Below are positions 31,363-43,712 of a stretch of 64,000 bases of DNA, in pieces. The notes beneath the pieces are model-generated. The model searched no databases. It was not told the DNA's origin and saw only the letters and a program-made list of their open reading frames with translations. The stretch lies in NCBI RefSeq assembly GCF_036321535.1, contig NC_087447.1, positions 5,146,001 through 5,210,000 of the forward strand, read 5' to 3'. The translations under genes and the position numbers were made by a program. Position 1 is the stretch's first letter. Every line of letters starts with the position of its first letter. This stretch comes from Camelus dromedarius (lineage: Eukaryota).

Positions 31363-34300
31363 TCAGCCTTCACCCTCACTGTCTTCAGCCAGCACAGGGC
31401 TGGGGCCCTGGGGAGAGTGTGCAGGGGCCAGGATGGAGCCAAAGAACAGCGAGCGGAACTGGGAAGAGAACAGAGGAAGCTGAGTGAGTTCTAGAGGCTG
31501 TTCCCTCCTCCTCCTCCTCCCCATCTCTGTCTCCAGCCCCTACCTTCTTGGGTGGGGGAGTCCCAGGCACTGTGCTGGGCTCAGCATCATCTTCCTCCTC
31601 TGAGCAGGGGCCAGGGCTACAGTGGGGCTGGAGGCCAGGTGAAAGGGAGATGGAGGGCAGTGCCCGCGAGCCCTCACTGCCCACGGAGGTTTCCATGGCA
31701 ATCATGTAAGAGTCAATGTCGTCAAAGGCAAAGTCATCCAGGTGGGGTGTACTGTAGGCAGAGACAACATCAGCAGAGAACTGGGAGGGAAGTGGGGTAC
31801 AGAGGCAGGGCCCCACCTTAGAGGGCTGGGGGGGGGGGCGGCTGCAGGGGCCTTGTGACTATTGGTGACCTCTTGGTTTTACTACTTCCTGGTTTGGTTG
31901 GAGGGGAGGGGATGCAGGGGTTAAGTAGCTGCTTCCTGGAAGGGGCGGACCTGGAATCCTTTCCTCAGAGTTCAGGTAGAGGCCTGAGGGAGGCATCCCG
32001 GCAGCCAGATTAGCTCAGCAGGGGGAGGGGAGCAGCAAGTCCTGTGAGCTGGGCCACCTGGGGGCCAAGCCCCCACCTTCCCAGGAGACAGGAACTGGAG
32101 AACACTGGGGCCCAGGGACGTGCTGGGCGGGTGGCCAGACCAAACTTCCTCTGCTTCAACTACACTGGGCCCATCCTTCCCCAACCCACCTGCCCTTTCA
32201 GCCACCTGCTTCCCCCATCCCAAGCAACCCCCTGCCTCCCAGCAGCCCTTTCCCTCCTAGGCCTGGGACAAGGCTCAAGGGGAGGCCTCAGCCAGAGAAG
32301 GAAGCCAGCCCGACCTCGGGACACTTCCCTGGGTAGGAGGGGTCTGAGTACAGCTGACTGGTGAGGCTGAGCCTGTAGGGGCTGGGGCCTGACAGGAAGT
32401 GGGGGCGGGTGGGGGGGAGTGGGGGGGTTGTGTAGAAGCTGGAAGCAGCAGGCTCAGGCCAGGGTGCACAGAGGTGGGGTGGGGGAGGAATGGGTGGGTG
32501 GGCGCTCTACCTGTGAGCCTGAAGTGGAGGTGCTGGCCGCTGGAGCTGTGGGGAGTGCAGATCCTGGGCGTGCAGGTCTGGCTCTAAGAGCGTGGCCAGG
32601 ACAAAGTGGCCCTCCAGCAGAGAGTCCTCGATGGCAAAGATGGCTGGCCTGGGCAGGTGATGGGTCCAGGCACGGTCAAGGCCCTTTGGCTCCTGGCATC
32701 CCAGAACCCTCCCCTCCCTGTCCTGAGGCTGGGAATTACCTGCCCGGAGCATCGAAGTAAATGCTGAGAGACAAGTTTGCTGACTCTGCGAAGCTCAGGA
32801 GCCCCTGGGAAGGGAGAGGCAGAGCAGTGAGGCCCTGGGCGCGGCAGGGCGGAGAGTGGACAGGGTGGTGAGTGTGTACAGGGGGCCTCACCCGGAATTC
32901 CTTGAGGCAGAAAGTGATGGCTACCCCTTCCTGGGCCTGTAGCTGCTGGAAATCCTCCTCCCCGATGCTCATCTCAGTCACCATGGCTTTGACGGTGCTG
33001 TCTATGGGGGCAGGAACAGGAGGAACCTGGACCCAACCCCTTCCCACCCCATCTCTGCTCCCTGTGCCGGGCCGTGTCTGGCTCCCTCACCTGCCTCCTC
33101 CTCCTGGTAGCTACGCAAGATGACCCTGCGGCCGCGGCCAATGCCCAGTGTCACTTCGGCCAGTGCGGGGGGGAAAGGCAGAACAGCCTCCCCCAGGACC
33201 CTGTGAGGAGGGCACAGCATTACACCCAAGGCTCAGTCCTGCCCAGTGGCTCTGCTCTCAGAGGCAGGGCAGTGACACACCAACATCCAAAGAGAACCCA
33301 ACCAGGCCTTGCATGTCCGAGGAAGGGGACAGGAGAAGCAGGACACGGTTCCTGCCCCATCAAACGTTTCCAGGCTGTTGTGGCAGAGAAGCCTGCTTGC
33401 AAGAGATGGGGCAGACAAGAGCGGAGCCCAGAAAAGGATGGGCTGTTCGGACTGAACCAAACCAGGCAGGCAGCACCTGTCCACCCAGGGGTGGGAGACC
33501 ATACCCATACTGTCCGCATAAACCCGGCCTTCAGAAAGAGCCCTCAGATCCTTGTCTAGTAGGATTTAATATTTACAGGTGAAAAGAAGACAACTGGAAT
33601 TTACCTCAAGGCAACTGTAACAGGAGTTGGCATCTACTTTTATGTACATTTGAAATTGTTCATAAAAAAGAGAAACAATTGCTCATTTAAAGAAAGAAAG
33701 AAAAAAAACCCCAAGACTCAGACCAGAGACTGATTCCATCTTTCTTTACCCAAATCCTGGTCTATATCAACAGAACTAAGAAAATCAGAAAGTCAGAACC
33801 CAAAGGGACCTGCCAGTTACCATGTCCTACACTACCAAGAGAAAAGAAACAGAAGACCTTGGGTAACTCGAAGGCAAGCAGCATCCAGCGTGTGGGGTGG
33901 GGAGGGAAGAGGAGCCACTCCTCTCTACGCTAGTCTTTGCCAGGGACCTTTGCATTCACTGGAGTCCCCATCTCCCAGGCCCTGCACAGCTCCCCGGTGC
34001 TCTGTGCCCAGAGAGGCTCCACTCCTACAGCTGCTTATCCAGGCAGCCCTCCTGGACCACAACCTCCCCGCCCAGCCTCCTGCCTTGGCCTGGGGACTCC
34101 AAGGCTATATACAGCCCGGTCAGGTATGAAGAGAGGCTGCCCTTGAATGGGAAACATCCCCAAGAGGACAACCAGGACGGAGAAGGATTATGAGTCTCTG
34201 AGCCATAAAAATTAAGGGACCTTCCAGGGTGCTCAGGTCAGAGGAGATTTGAGGGCAGGTCAGACACCTGCTCTCTAAAAGAGGAGTCAGAATGGGTCTG

Positions 34301-36092
34301 AGTGGTCAGAAAGCCAAGCCAGAACTGTGAGGTGGAGAATACAGGCTCCGGAAGACAGCGAGGAGCATGGAACAGGGGAGCGCCTGCCCTCCTCACTCCA
34401 TCCTCTCCCTGTAAAGAGTCAGAGAAGGAACTGAAAGCGAACGGAGCTGGATGAACTCTGAGGTTCACAGAAATTCTGTGAAGATGGAGGAGGGACCTTT
34501 TTAAACTGACCCCTGAGGCCCCAAAATGGAAGAGAGAAACCTAGGGCTCAGCCTGCAGCCAGGGGCGTGCTCACCTTGCCGGGGCACGGAGCACGTGGGG
34601 GCACAAGGCTGGGTCGAAGACAGCCTGCAGGGACTCGCAGTCCTGGAAGGACAGGTTGTGAGTCTTCCTCACCCCTGGATGGGCAGACAGCGTCTCAGTG
34701 GGCCCCGCCAACCTCCACCCCCGCACCCTAAGGACCCAGCCAGTTGCTCACTCACCGTATTTGCAGTGCAGCTGAACTACCAGGCGGCTGCTCCTGCCAT
34801 TCAGGGAGATGCAGCATTTCTCCACGGTCTTCTCCAGCATCGCCAGCGAGCGGAAGACAGACAGGAACGACTGAGTGGGGAAAACACATCAGCCCAGTAT
34901 TGCGTCTCCACCAACCAACTCTCACATCCCCTCAGGCCCTGGCAACATCGTGGGCTCAGCCCTGTCACACCAGGAACGGACCTCCCACACATGCAGACAT
35001 TTATGCCCTTCCAAACCTTTGTGCTGTTCCCCTCGTCTAATGCCCTGAAAGACCTGTTTACTTTTTAAGGACCAACTTGAATGTCATCACTCTCTCAAGG
35101 TCTCCGGCAGAATCAATTACCCTCTCCATATCTCCTGTTACCCTCTGTGGATGTCTTCGCTATGCGCCCCCTCACTGCATTTTATACTGGATTGCTCCTA
35201 CGTACATCTCTGTCCCCAGCTGGCGTCTACTGTGTGCCCCAGAGCGCACGCACTGCTGTTAGCGGTTCCTGAGGGAATGAGCTGCCACTTCTGAGGGAAG
35301 GGCCTCACCTTCATCAAGATCTTACAGGGCAGCGGGTCCTGACCAGGGGTGGCCGCCTGGTACTGCTGGAAGAAGAGCGGGGCAAAGAGGAAGCAGGCAT
35401 AGGCAGAGCGGGAGGAGTTCACAGTCCGGAGGGAGAGCTGGGCCAGGAGAAGCAGGGAGCGGGATGCAGTCATCAGCAGTGACAGGCCCAGCTCTCGGCT
35501 GGCTTTTGCTCACACACTTGCCCTAATGTCCTCCACTTCCACCATCATCTGTTGAAATCCTCCCTCTCCTTCCAGTCAGCAGGTACCTTCGCCATGAAGC
35601 CTTCCCTGAGTCGGCCTCCCACCGCTCCCACAGCAAGGGCTCCACCCAACGGGCCCAGCACGCTCGGCCTTTTACCTAGTTACCCCCACCCGCCACCAGG
35701 CACCGGGCACTTCTGGGGACTAAATGCTCTCAATTCACACACCAGCCTGGGAACATGACAGAGCCCAAACTGATGCCCCAGCAACAGGAGAGGAAACTAA
35801 CTCAGCAGACAAATCCGCCCACCGGCATCCTGCCTGATGCGAGCGAGACTCGAGCCCAGGTTAGGGTTCCCAGTTGGAATCTTACCCACCCCAATACCCT
35901 GGCTCCTCACCCCGTCTTCCAAGGGCTCCAGGTAGAGTTCATCCCCTATTCGGGACAGGGAGTGCACGGCCTTGCCGAGCACTGCGGGAAAGAGAGGAGA
36001 AACATCAGTTGGGCTGGCGCACTGGGCCGTCCCAGCCCGCAGGCCAGCCCCAACTCACCCTTTACGTTGCCGCCCGTGACCAGACACTTCAT
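31363..36092 (-). CDS. RAD9A: Cell cycle checkpoint control protein RAD9A (9-1-1 clamp), 11 exons, 391 aa
   Basis: Exons (minus): 36059-36092, 35911-35981, 35309-35437, 34756-34870, 34575-34674, 33091-33200, 32892-33001, 32740-32804, 32511-32648, 31544-31751, 31363-31458; total 1176 nt. Reads [31 protein letters not shown]...[11 protein letters not shown]...[18 protein letters not shown]...EDSEGEG*. Confidence 0.97.
33560..33710 (+). mobile_element. Old L1 (L1M-type) 3' end with A-rich tail in RAD9A intron 5
   Basis: AT-rich block CTACTTTTATGTACATTTGAAATTGTTCATAAAAAAG...AAAGAAAGAAAGAAAAAAAA, typical of ancient L1 3' UTR ends. Confidence 0.55.
35000..35260 (+). mobile_element. L2 LINE fragment in RAD9A intron 3
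   Basis: TTTGTGCTGTTCCCCTCGTCTAATGCCCT...AATGTCATCACTCTCTCAAGGTCTCC...TCTACTGTGTGCCCCAGAGCGCACGCACTG is L2-like. Confidence 0.6.
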
Positions 36093-36530
36093 GCTGCCCC
36101 TCGCGACCGGGCTCAGACTGGCGCCGACCCCACACTGGGCCCCCGCTCGCTGCTTCCCTCCAGGTCTCGCCTGCCGCAGCGGATGCCGGGGGTTCCCTTC
36201 CCGCGCACCGCCCCCGGCAGCCCCGCCCCCGCCTCCTCATTGGGCCACAAGCACGCACCTCCGTCACGTGAGAAAAACGTTCCGCCGGCTGCGCATCACG
36301 TGATGGAGTCCTGCCGGGGGCGAGCCCTGGTCACGTGAGCGCCAATCACCGCCTCTTGTGGTCCAGGCCCACCCTCCGCCCTTCCGCGCCCCTGGGGGAG
36401 CCGGTCTCGTCAGCTGGGCCCCGCGCGGCTGCGCACCCGAGCGCGAGGAGCCCCGAGGTCGCGGGGGAGCCTGAGATGTACGGGCGAGCCCCGCTGGGTC
36501 ACTAATTTAGTACGGATTTCCTGGGCGTTT
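35780..36530 (-). promoter_or_regulatory. RAD9A CpG-island promoter
   Basis: CpG-rich. Three TCACGTGA E-boxes (36264, 36296, 36331), CCAAT boxes (ATTGG about 36239, CCAAT 36342), NRF1-like TGCGCA at 36290, and GC boxes. Confidence 0.85.
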
Positions 36531-37314
36531 ATCGGTTCAAAGCAAGACCGTCCGCATCCAGGCCGGGGACACAGACAGAAGCAGCAACCACCACCTGTAA
36601 AAATAAATTAAAGCAATTTGCGGCAGGATCCTGGGGTGGGAAGTAGCTGTTGGCTATGGCTTCGAGGATCCTTCGTTGATCCTGAAGAACAGAAGATGCT
36701 CCGGGCAGAAAGGGGTAGAACGGTGTGGCTGGCAGGGGAAAACGACAGTAGAGACTCAGCGGGTCGTGGGGCTTTGCCCCTTTGGGAGGGACGTGGGTCT
36801 GTGAGAGGAGGGGTGGGTCTATGAGAGGAGGGGTGGTGGTCGCCAAATGATGAGGATCACTGATGGGAAGCACTGGAAACGTTGTATGAGGGTAGACTTA
36901 TGCTATGTGGCCATTTAAGAAAGACCAAGGGATTGCAAAGGAGGGGGTTCAGCAGCTGGGCAGGTCTTCCCCTGGCCCCGGGCCTCAGTTACCGGGTGTG
37001 TGAAGTGGAAGGGAAGTCCCAGAGGGGCTTTCTGACCTCTAGTTCCTTAGAGGGGCAGCGCCCGGTTCTATAGTGCTTTGAAGGGCCCTGGGCATCCCTG
37101 TGTTCCTTTATGGCCTACCTGGCCTTACCCCTCTAGTACTGACTGCAGTGAGGAAGCCATATTCATTCGTCTGTGAGCCCCTTGCCCTCCTGCTCCTGGC
37201 CTGGCTCCCACTTCTAGACCCCACTTTCCTTGCCTTCAGCTCCCCTCCCTCACCAGGTTTCCCTAGGGTACTGGGGGAGATTATTCTTGCTTTCTGAGGG
37301 AATCAGGTAAATGA

Positions 37315-38130
37315 TACCACCTCTACCCAGGCATTTAGGTCACAAACTGGGAGTCATCCTTGACCCCATGCTCTCCCACACCCTGCACATTACCCACCTT
37401 CAGCAAGCCTTGACTGCTCTGCCACCCGAACAGATGGCAACTTCACCCTCCTCTTCCATGTCCACAGCCATCAGCCTGGCTCAGGCCATCACTTCTCACA
37501 TGAGTGGTCCCCTGCCTCCAGCCTGTCTCCTCCAGTTCACTCTGTACAGCACCGAAATGACCTTTCTAAAATACCAATTGTGCCACGCCTCTCCTTTGTT
37601 TAAACCCTGCAGTGGCTTTCAACTATTACCCTTGCCATAACATCCAAACTCCTTACCCAAAAGGAGCTGGCCCCACCCATCTCTCCACCTGTCTCTGGCT
37701 TTCCTGTGTAGCCATGCTGGCCCAGTCAGTTCCCTGAACCAACCACATCCTTTTCCGCCTTGGGTTCTCTCTGTACATGCTGTCCCCACCACTTGGAATG
37801 CTCTTCCCACTTTTCACACGCTGGCTCCTTCTCTTCCTAGGGCTCAGCTTCAGTGGCCCACCCTCCGATGGGCCTTTTCTGCCTCCCCCTCCACCACCCC
37901 TCTGCTGTCTGGGTAAGCCTTTACTCTGGGTTGTCCACAGCGCTGATCACAACTCAGCCTTATTTCATACATATCTACTTTAATCCCTGTCTTCCCTACT
38001 CGTGTGTCAGTCCCATAAGGGCAGGGACCGAGTCTCTTGTTTGTTGCTCTGTCCCTGTACCTCGCACGGGGCCTGGCCCTCAGGAGGTGACCAGTATGTG
38101 CTCAATGGCTAGATGTGTGAAGCTGAGTTG
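37315..38130 (+). mobile_element. L2 LINE, long 3' fragment
   Basis: CACAAACTGGGAGTCATCCTTGACCCCATGCTCTCCCACACCC...GCCATCAGCCTGGCTCAGGCCATCACTTCTCAC...TTTAAACCCTGCAGTGGCTTTC...CACTTGGAATGCTCTTCCC...GCAGGGACCGAGTCTCTTGTTTG...GGGCCTGGCCCTCAGGAGG follows the L2 3' consensus in order. Confidence 0.85.
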
Positions 38131-39207
38131 CCTCTGGTTCCCACTTAGTATGATACTGTGATGAAAGAAACAAATCCAGCTTCCAGCCTCTGCCCACAGC
38201 CCCACCCTGCCCTGGACAATAGCTCTCCCCCCACATTCTGTCCAGAAAGCCCCAAATAACCTAGCATTATTATCCCCTTCCTTATTTCTCCTCCTTCTCT
38301 GTGGGTCTCTCTCTTTGTCCCAGTGAAACTCAGCGTAGCCTTCACGGCTTCTCCACCTCTTCCCCACAGCCATTACCTGAGCATCCCAACTGGAACAGGA
38401 GGTAGGTGCCAAAGCCCCCTGGGAAGCAGGGAGGGGAAGCTGTGACTCATCACACAGTTGTGTCCCTGTCCCTGACACCTATGGGGCTGTGGGGTCCTTT
38501 GGCCTGGAGGTCTTTGAAGCAAGGCCCAGGGGAGAAGGCGAGGGAAACAGACTCTGTTAGGACTTTTAATAACTCTTTCTTCAGCTGCACACACCTGCAG
38601 AAGTTTAGGAATTGCCTGACCCTTCTGAAGGGCTCAGATAACAGAAAGAAGCCTAGAGTCCTGGGTTTCCAGCCTGTGCTTCAGCACCCACCTGCTGTGT
38701 GACTTTGTGCAAATCCCTCCTGTCTCTGTGGCTGTAGAACGTGGTTGGTGGCAGGAGATGCTTACTGAGGTCCCTTCCAACGTTGACCTGCTGTGACTTC
38801 CCAGGGGGCCCTCCAGCTTCCCTGAGCCCCTCACCCAGCCACAGCTCTGGAGAGGAGCTGGAATTGGTTGTCCTGATTCCCCCAAGCTAGGGGGCTGGAA
38901 GGGGGCTCTCCAATCAGAGGCCAAGCATCCTCTCCAGGCTTGCAGGTGGCAAAGCAAGGAACACCTTTCAGGTCTGGAAGGAAGGACGTGCAGTGGGGGG
39001 ATGGGAACTTTGTGACTCCAGCCCTATTCACAGATAGCTTCCAGCAAGTCAAGGCCTTTGTCTGCGCCTGAGTTTCCTCCTTGATAAAGTGAGGAGATTG
39101 GATGAGATACTCTCAAGATCCTTATAAATCTCAAATTTTTAGTCTTCGCTGCATCCCACATTAGAGTTGGCTTCCTACAAGTACACACTTATGTGAATAT
39201 GTGAGAA

Positions 39208-39226
39208 CGTGTGTGTGTGTGTGTGT
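39208..39226. repeat. (GT)n microsatellite
   Basis: About 9 GT units. Confidence 0.8.
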
Positions 39227-39825
39227 TGTGGGTGGATACGGAATAGAGGGAGGTGGTTATCATTTCAAATTTTTAAAATAATTATCTGACTGGAAACTTC
39301 TTCCTCCCTTCAACTGTCACTTCTCATCCAATTTTTTAGGTTTGACATGGCAGAATCCTCAGAGCTCAGTAATTCATTCATTTGACACACGTTAGACACT
39401 TTCTAATCGTGGGAAAGAGAGCCCAGGACAAAAATCCCTGCCCTCGTGGGCTTCTGCTCGACTGGAGAGGACAGATGAGGGGGAGTGACTGCCACGGCTC
39501 TGATGGCGTCTGCTGGGCTGTGCACACACACGGATGAGATTTGCACGGTTACTCTGGGGTTACCAAGTGGGCAGAGGAGCTCTGAGTTGCTGGGGTACTG
39601 AGCTGGTGGGGCGGTATAATGCATTTGTGGCACACTGGGTGCTTTCAGCCCCACAGGCAAGCCCTGCCCAGGCCTTTCTTGTTCCCCGGCTTTTCTCCCA
39701 GCAACCAGAAAAGGCTTGGCACATGGCAGTGGTTTAATAAAACATGTTGGATGACCGAAGGGTTTAGGATTCAGAAAGATTCCAAGACTTGAGCCTGGGT
39801 TGTCTGTCGAGGTGGACAAGGGGGT

Positions 39826-40016
39826 TCTAGGCACCAGGCTGCCCAGGTCTGAATCCTGGCTCCATCACTCTCAGGCAGTGTGCAAATGGATGCATTGCTT
39901 ATATTCCCTGCGCCTCAGTTTCCTCATCTAAATTGAGGGAGGAGGGATAACAGTCCTGACCTCAGAGGGCGGTGGTGAGGATTAACATAACCAGCGTTCG
40001 TAAAGCTCTTAGCACA
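39826..40016 (+). mobile_element. MIR SINE
   Basis: CTGCCCAGGTCTGAATCCTGGCTCCATCACT...GCCTCAGTTTCCTCATCT...ATAACAGTCCTGACCTCAGAGGGCGGTGGTGAGGATTAA...GTAAAGCTCTTAGCACA. Confidence 0.88.
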
Positions 40017-42037
40017 CATCGTCCGTGTCACTGTTGTTGTTATTGCTGTGTGCTGTCCCCACCATCTCTGGAGTGTACCCTCCAGTTTCTAGGGGATTCT
40101 CTGGTCAGGACCAGGGACAAAATCAATCATCAGCACAGACGAGGCCAGGGTGAGTCCACAGCAGGAATGCGGGAGGGAAGTTCCCACGCAGAAACATCAC
40201 AGAGGGATGATCTGGAGGCCAGGAACTGGAAATACTCAGAGAATTAGGGTGGGGACAGAAGTCGGCCCAGGGAATAGGTGCGTGGGGGGGCTGGGTGCTG
40301 CCCCTTGGGCCCTCGGTGCCCTCTGCCTTGTGAGGAGGGTGTGAGCCCCTGCTGTCTCTGCTGGCTGCTGGAGGCTGGCACGAGGCAGCCACTGCACCCA
40401 CAACGCCAGCTCCAGGCACAGATGAGGGACCAGGGCTGGGGGTCGAGGGGAGACGGGGTGGAATTTTTTAAACCCACAGACGGGAAGGGGGAAGCTCAGG
40501 CTTGTTCACCAAAACCTGGCAGGCTGGAGTTACAGGGCCCCCTTGGAGTGCAAGTGAGGTAAGTTTAGGACAAATCAAAGGCAGCGCACTTCACCCAGCA
40601 GGGGAGGACACCGATGGAACTCATTACCCCAAGATGTGGTCTCGGCTGGAAGTATAAATAGCTGCACAAAAGGTTTAGATAAATCTGTGGATGACAGCTC
40701 CATTCATGGGTTAGAAGGGGAAGGAGGCTATTTGGGGCCTGCTGGCCCATGGGGAAGGCATCGGGGAGGTGACCTGGCCTCCCTAAGACCACCCCTCCGG
40801 GACCCTGCTGGAGGCAGGCTTCACGCCACCAGGGCCCAGGAAGCAGTGTCAGTGTTCCTACAGCTGGAGTCCCCAGGCCCTTTCCTCACTGCCCCCAGTG
40901 CTTGCCATCCACTCTTCGGGGAGACGTGGGCACTGCCAGGTCTGGGGAGAGCAGCCAGGCCCGGCTGTCCCCTAAGGGACCAGCAGAGGGAGACAGACAC
41001 CGCGTCCAGTCCCAGCTTCCAGAACAGAAGCTTCCCTGTTCTGCCTCAGAGGGCAGGCAAGCACCCAAGGGTCCCAGCTCAGGGCTCAACACCGGGCTAG
41101 GGGCCCAAGGAGAGAGGGGGCCGAGGAGGCGTCCTCCCTGGCCGAGATGGGCTTACTGCAGGGCAGGTGGAGGAGGGGAGCCTTCCGGGAACTGGGGGCA
41201 GGGCAGGGAGGAGGCCCCTAAGAGCAGGGCGGCTGTGCAGCCATCTTGCCCTCTGTGCCCGCAGCCCCAAGCCCTGGGGTAGGCAGGCAGTCTGCAGGTC
41301 TCAGTAGGCCCTGCCACTCCACAGGGCACATACAGGAGGTGCTCCAGAGAGCCCTGCGGGGTGACTGGGCCCTATGGGCCTGAGTGCCAGCTCCTCCTCA
41401 TCCCAGGAACCAGTTCCAGGCCAGGTGCTGTTCCCACTCTGGCTGCTTGGCTTCTCCACAGCCGCTCGCAAGGTCGCCTTCCCAATCCTCTGACCTCTCC
41501 CTTCTCTCCCTTCTCCCACCTTTCCAAGCTCCTTACTCCCTGTTTCACTGAGCAAATTTTGCAGGGGTCAACGGCTGGACCTGATGTGTGCTCAGAGTGC
41601 TCTGTGGGAGGTCACGGGGTGGGCTTCAGAAAGACGCCTGTGGGGGCCGGCAAGGGATGAGCTCCTCACAACCCAAGCTCCCACGTCTCACAGACAGAAT
41701 GGGGCTGGCCCCTGGCACAGCCAGGGTCGGTCAGCTCCCCCTGCCCCAAGCGCAGCCCCCTTTTACACACTGAACCCCCTCTGAGGAGGCTGTCTGGGAT
41801 GCCAAGGCAAAGGCTCAGGATCATTTCTCACTAGAGGAAAGTTGAGCTGGGGCCCAACCCTAGAACTCTAGAGTTTTGTATGTGTGCCCGGCATGGGGAT
41901 TCAGCGTGGGGCTGGTGGGGACAGGCCTCAGGAAGAAGGCAGAATGGAAAGAAGAGAGAAGGTGTAGGCGAGGAGACTCGGGGGCTTACATGGGGGCATC
42001 ATTAGCAGAGGTGGGAGGACAGGGCATGAAGGGTGGA

Positions 42038-42220
42038 TAACAGTAATATTTAACATTATCATGTGTTAAGCGCCAGAGAGTTGACTTGTGCTAACTCCAT
42101 CTTCCCTTATTCTGAAGAAGGTCCCAGTGTCATCGTCCCTGTTGATGCAAGAGAAAACCAAGGTGTAGAGGGGTCAACTGACTTGCCCAAGGTCACACAG
42201 CCAGTGAAGGTGGAGCAGCA
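42038..42220 (-). mobile_element. MIR SINE
   Basis: GTCAACTGACTTGCCCAAGGTCACACAGCCAGTGAAGGTGGAGC is the reverse MIR core. Confidence 0.8.
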
Positions 42221-43527
42221 CCCTCACTCATTCAGTCTCCAGCAGCCCCACGTAGGAGCCGCTGTCTGTCCTCTGACCCCTGGGGCCCCTGGAGAACCCA
42301 GACGGTCTGGAGAAAGCCCGAGGAGCCCGAAGGAGGAAGGCAGTGGGGAGGGAGGGGACAGAGCGGGAGGAGCAGGCAGTGACTCAGCAGGGCAGGATAA
42401 GGATCTTCCAGCCCAGGGAGAGGTAACCCCACTCCTCTGCCAGGGGAGACAGAGTCACAGAGCCCGCGGCGTGGGTTGGCCAGGGTAATGGAACATCCTG
42501 GGGAACGGCGGGGAGAGCTCCTGGCTGACTAGGGAGGAGTGAAGCCCCTGGGGGTATCCCTTCTGCCCCTGCCCTCCTCACACACCCATCGCCCTGACAT
42601 CCTTGCAGTGGAGAGAGAGCCCAGGTATGGCAGGGGAGAGGCAGACAGCAGGACCTGGTTCCTCTCAGCTACTGGGAGGCAGGGGCAGTGGGACGCGGTG
42701 TTCTCCCAGAGGCCCGAGCTGGTCCAGGTGTGGGTTGGGAGTGCAAGGCAGGGCAGGGCTGTTCCTGAGGTAGGAGGAGGCCCATGGCCCTGGGGTTTCC
42801 GCTGACATCATGGCCAGCTCTGGGTGAAGCAGGGCCCTCTGGGCTTCTGCCCCTGGAGGAAAAGGGAAAGTGCTCACCACGTCCGCCTTTCTTCTCCCTT
42901 CTGCCCCCGGTGGCCCCTGTGCCTGCACTGTGTGCACGCGGTGGTGTAGAGGAGGTGCCCCCCCCACCTCCTGCCAGGCTGTAGATCCCAGGGGGCCTGG
43001 ATTTGCACGCCACATACTTGGGCCCTCAGAAAGCACAGGGAAGCCCTCGACCTGGTTGGGTGGGAGGTGGCCTTCTAACTCCTAGTTCGGAGCTCATGGC
43101 GGTATTCAGACTTGCTGCTCTGCTCATGGAATCTGCCATTCCAGCTGAGGGGACTCGAGTGCTCCAGGGGTGGCGCCTGTCACTGACCCAGGAGGGCTGT
43201 GTGTGGTGCCTGGCCCAGCATCTCACAGTCACTTTGTGTCAGGGGTGGGTGGAAGGTTGTGGGTGGGAGAGCCCAGGTCTCCTACTCTAGGCGTTCACAG
43301 GGGAATCTGTCCCAAGGAACATGCTAGAGTCCTGAAGAGACCAGGAGTGCCCCAAGTTAGAAACCTCCTAGTTGGGGGAGGGGGGTGCGGGGGGTTATTG
43401 CTCAGCGAGTCCCAGTGTCTCTGCATCCAGCCTCTTTTCAAGAGTCCCTGCCTCAGTGCCCTCCACGTGTGCACCTGCGCCAGGTGGGAGGGCATCTCAA
43501 GAGGGCATGGTGCTGAAGGTAGATAGT

Positions 43528-43712
43528 CCTGGTTCTGCCCCCGGGTGTGATCTTAGACATATGACTCCATCTTACCAAGCCTCAGTTGCCTTGCATATAA
43601 AATGGGGAAAGAGCAGTTCTCATTTTCTATGGTTTTGAAAGAATAGAGTGCAATCATTCACATAAAGCCTTAGTGCAGGACCTGACTCTTGGTGAGAGCT
43701 CAATATGTTTAA
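43528..43712 (+). mobile_element. MIR SINE
   Basis: GGGTGTGATCTTAGACA...GCCTCAGTTGCCTTGCATATAAAATGGGG...CATAAAGCCTTAGTGCAGGACCTGAC...GAGCTCAATATGTT. Confidence 0.78.
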
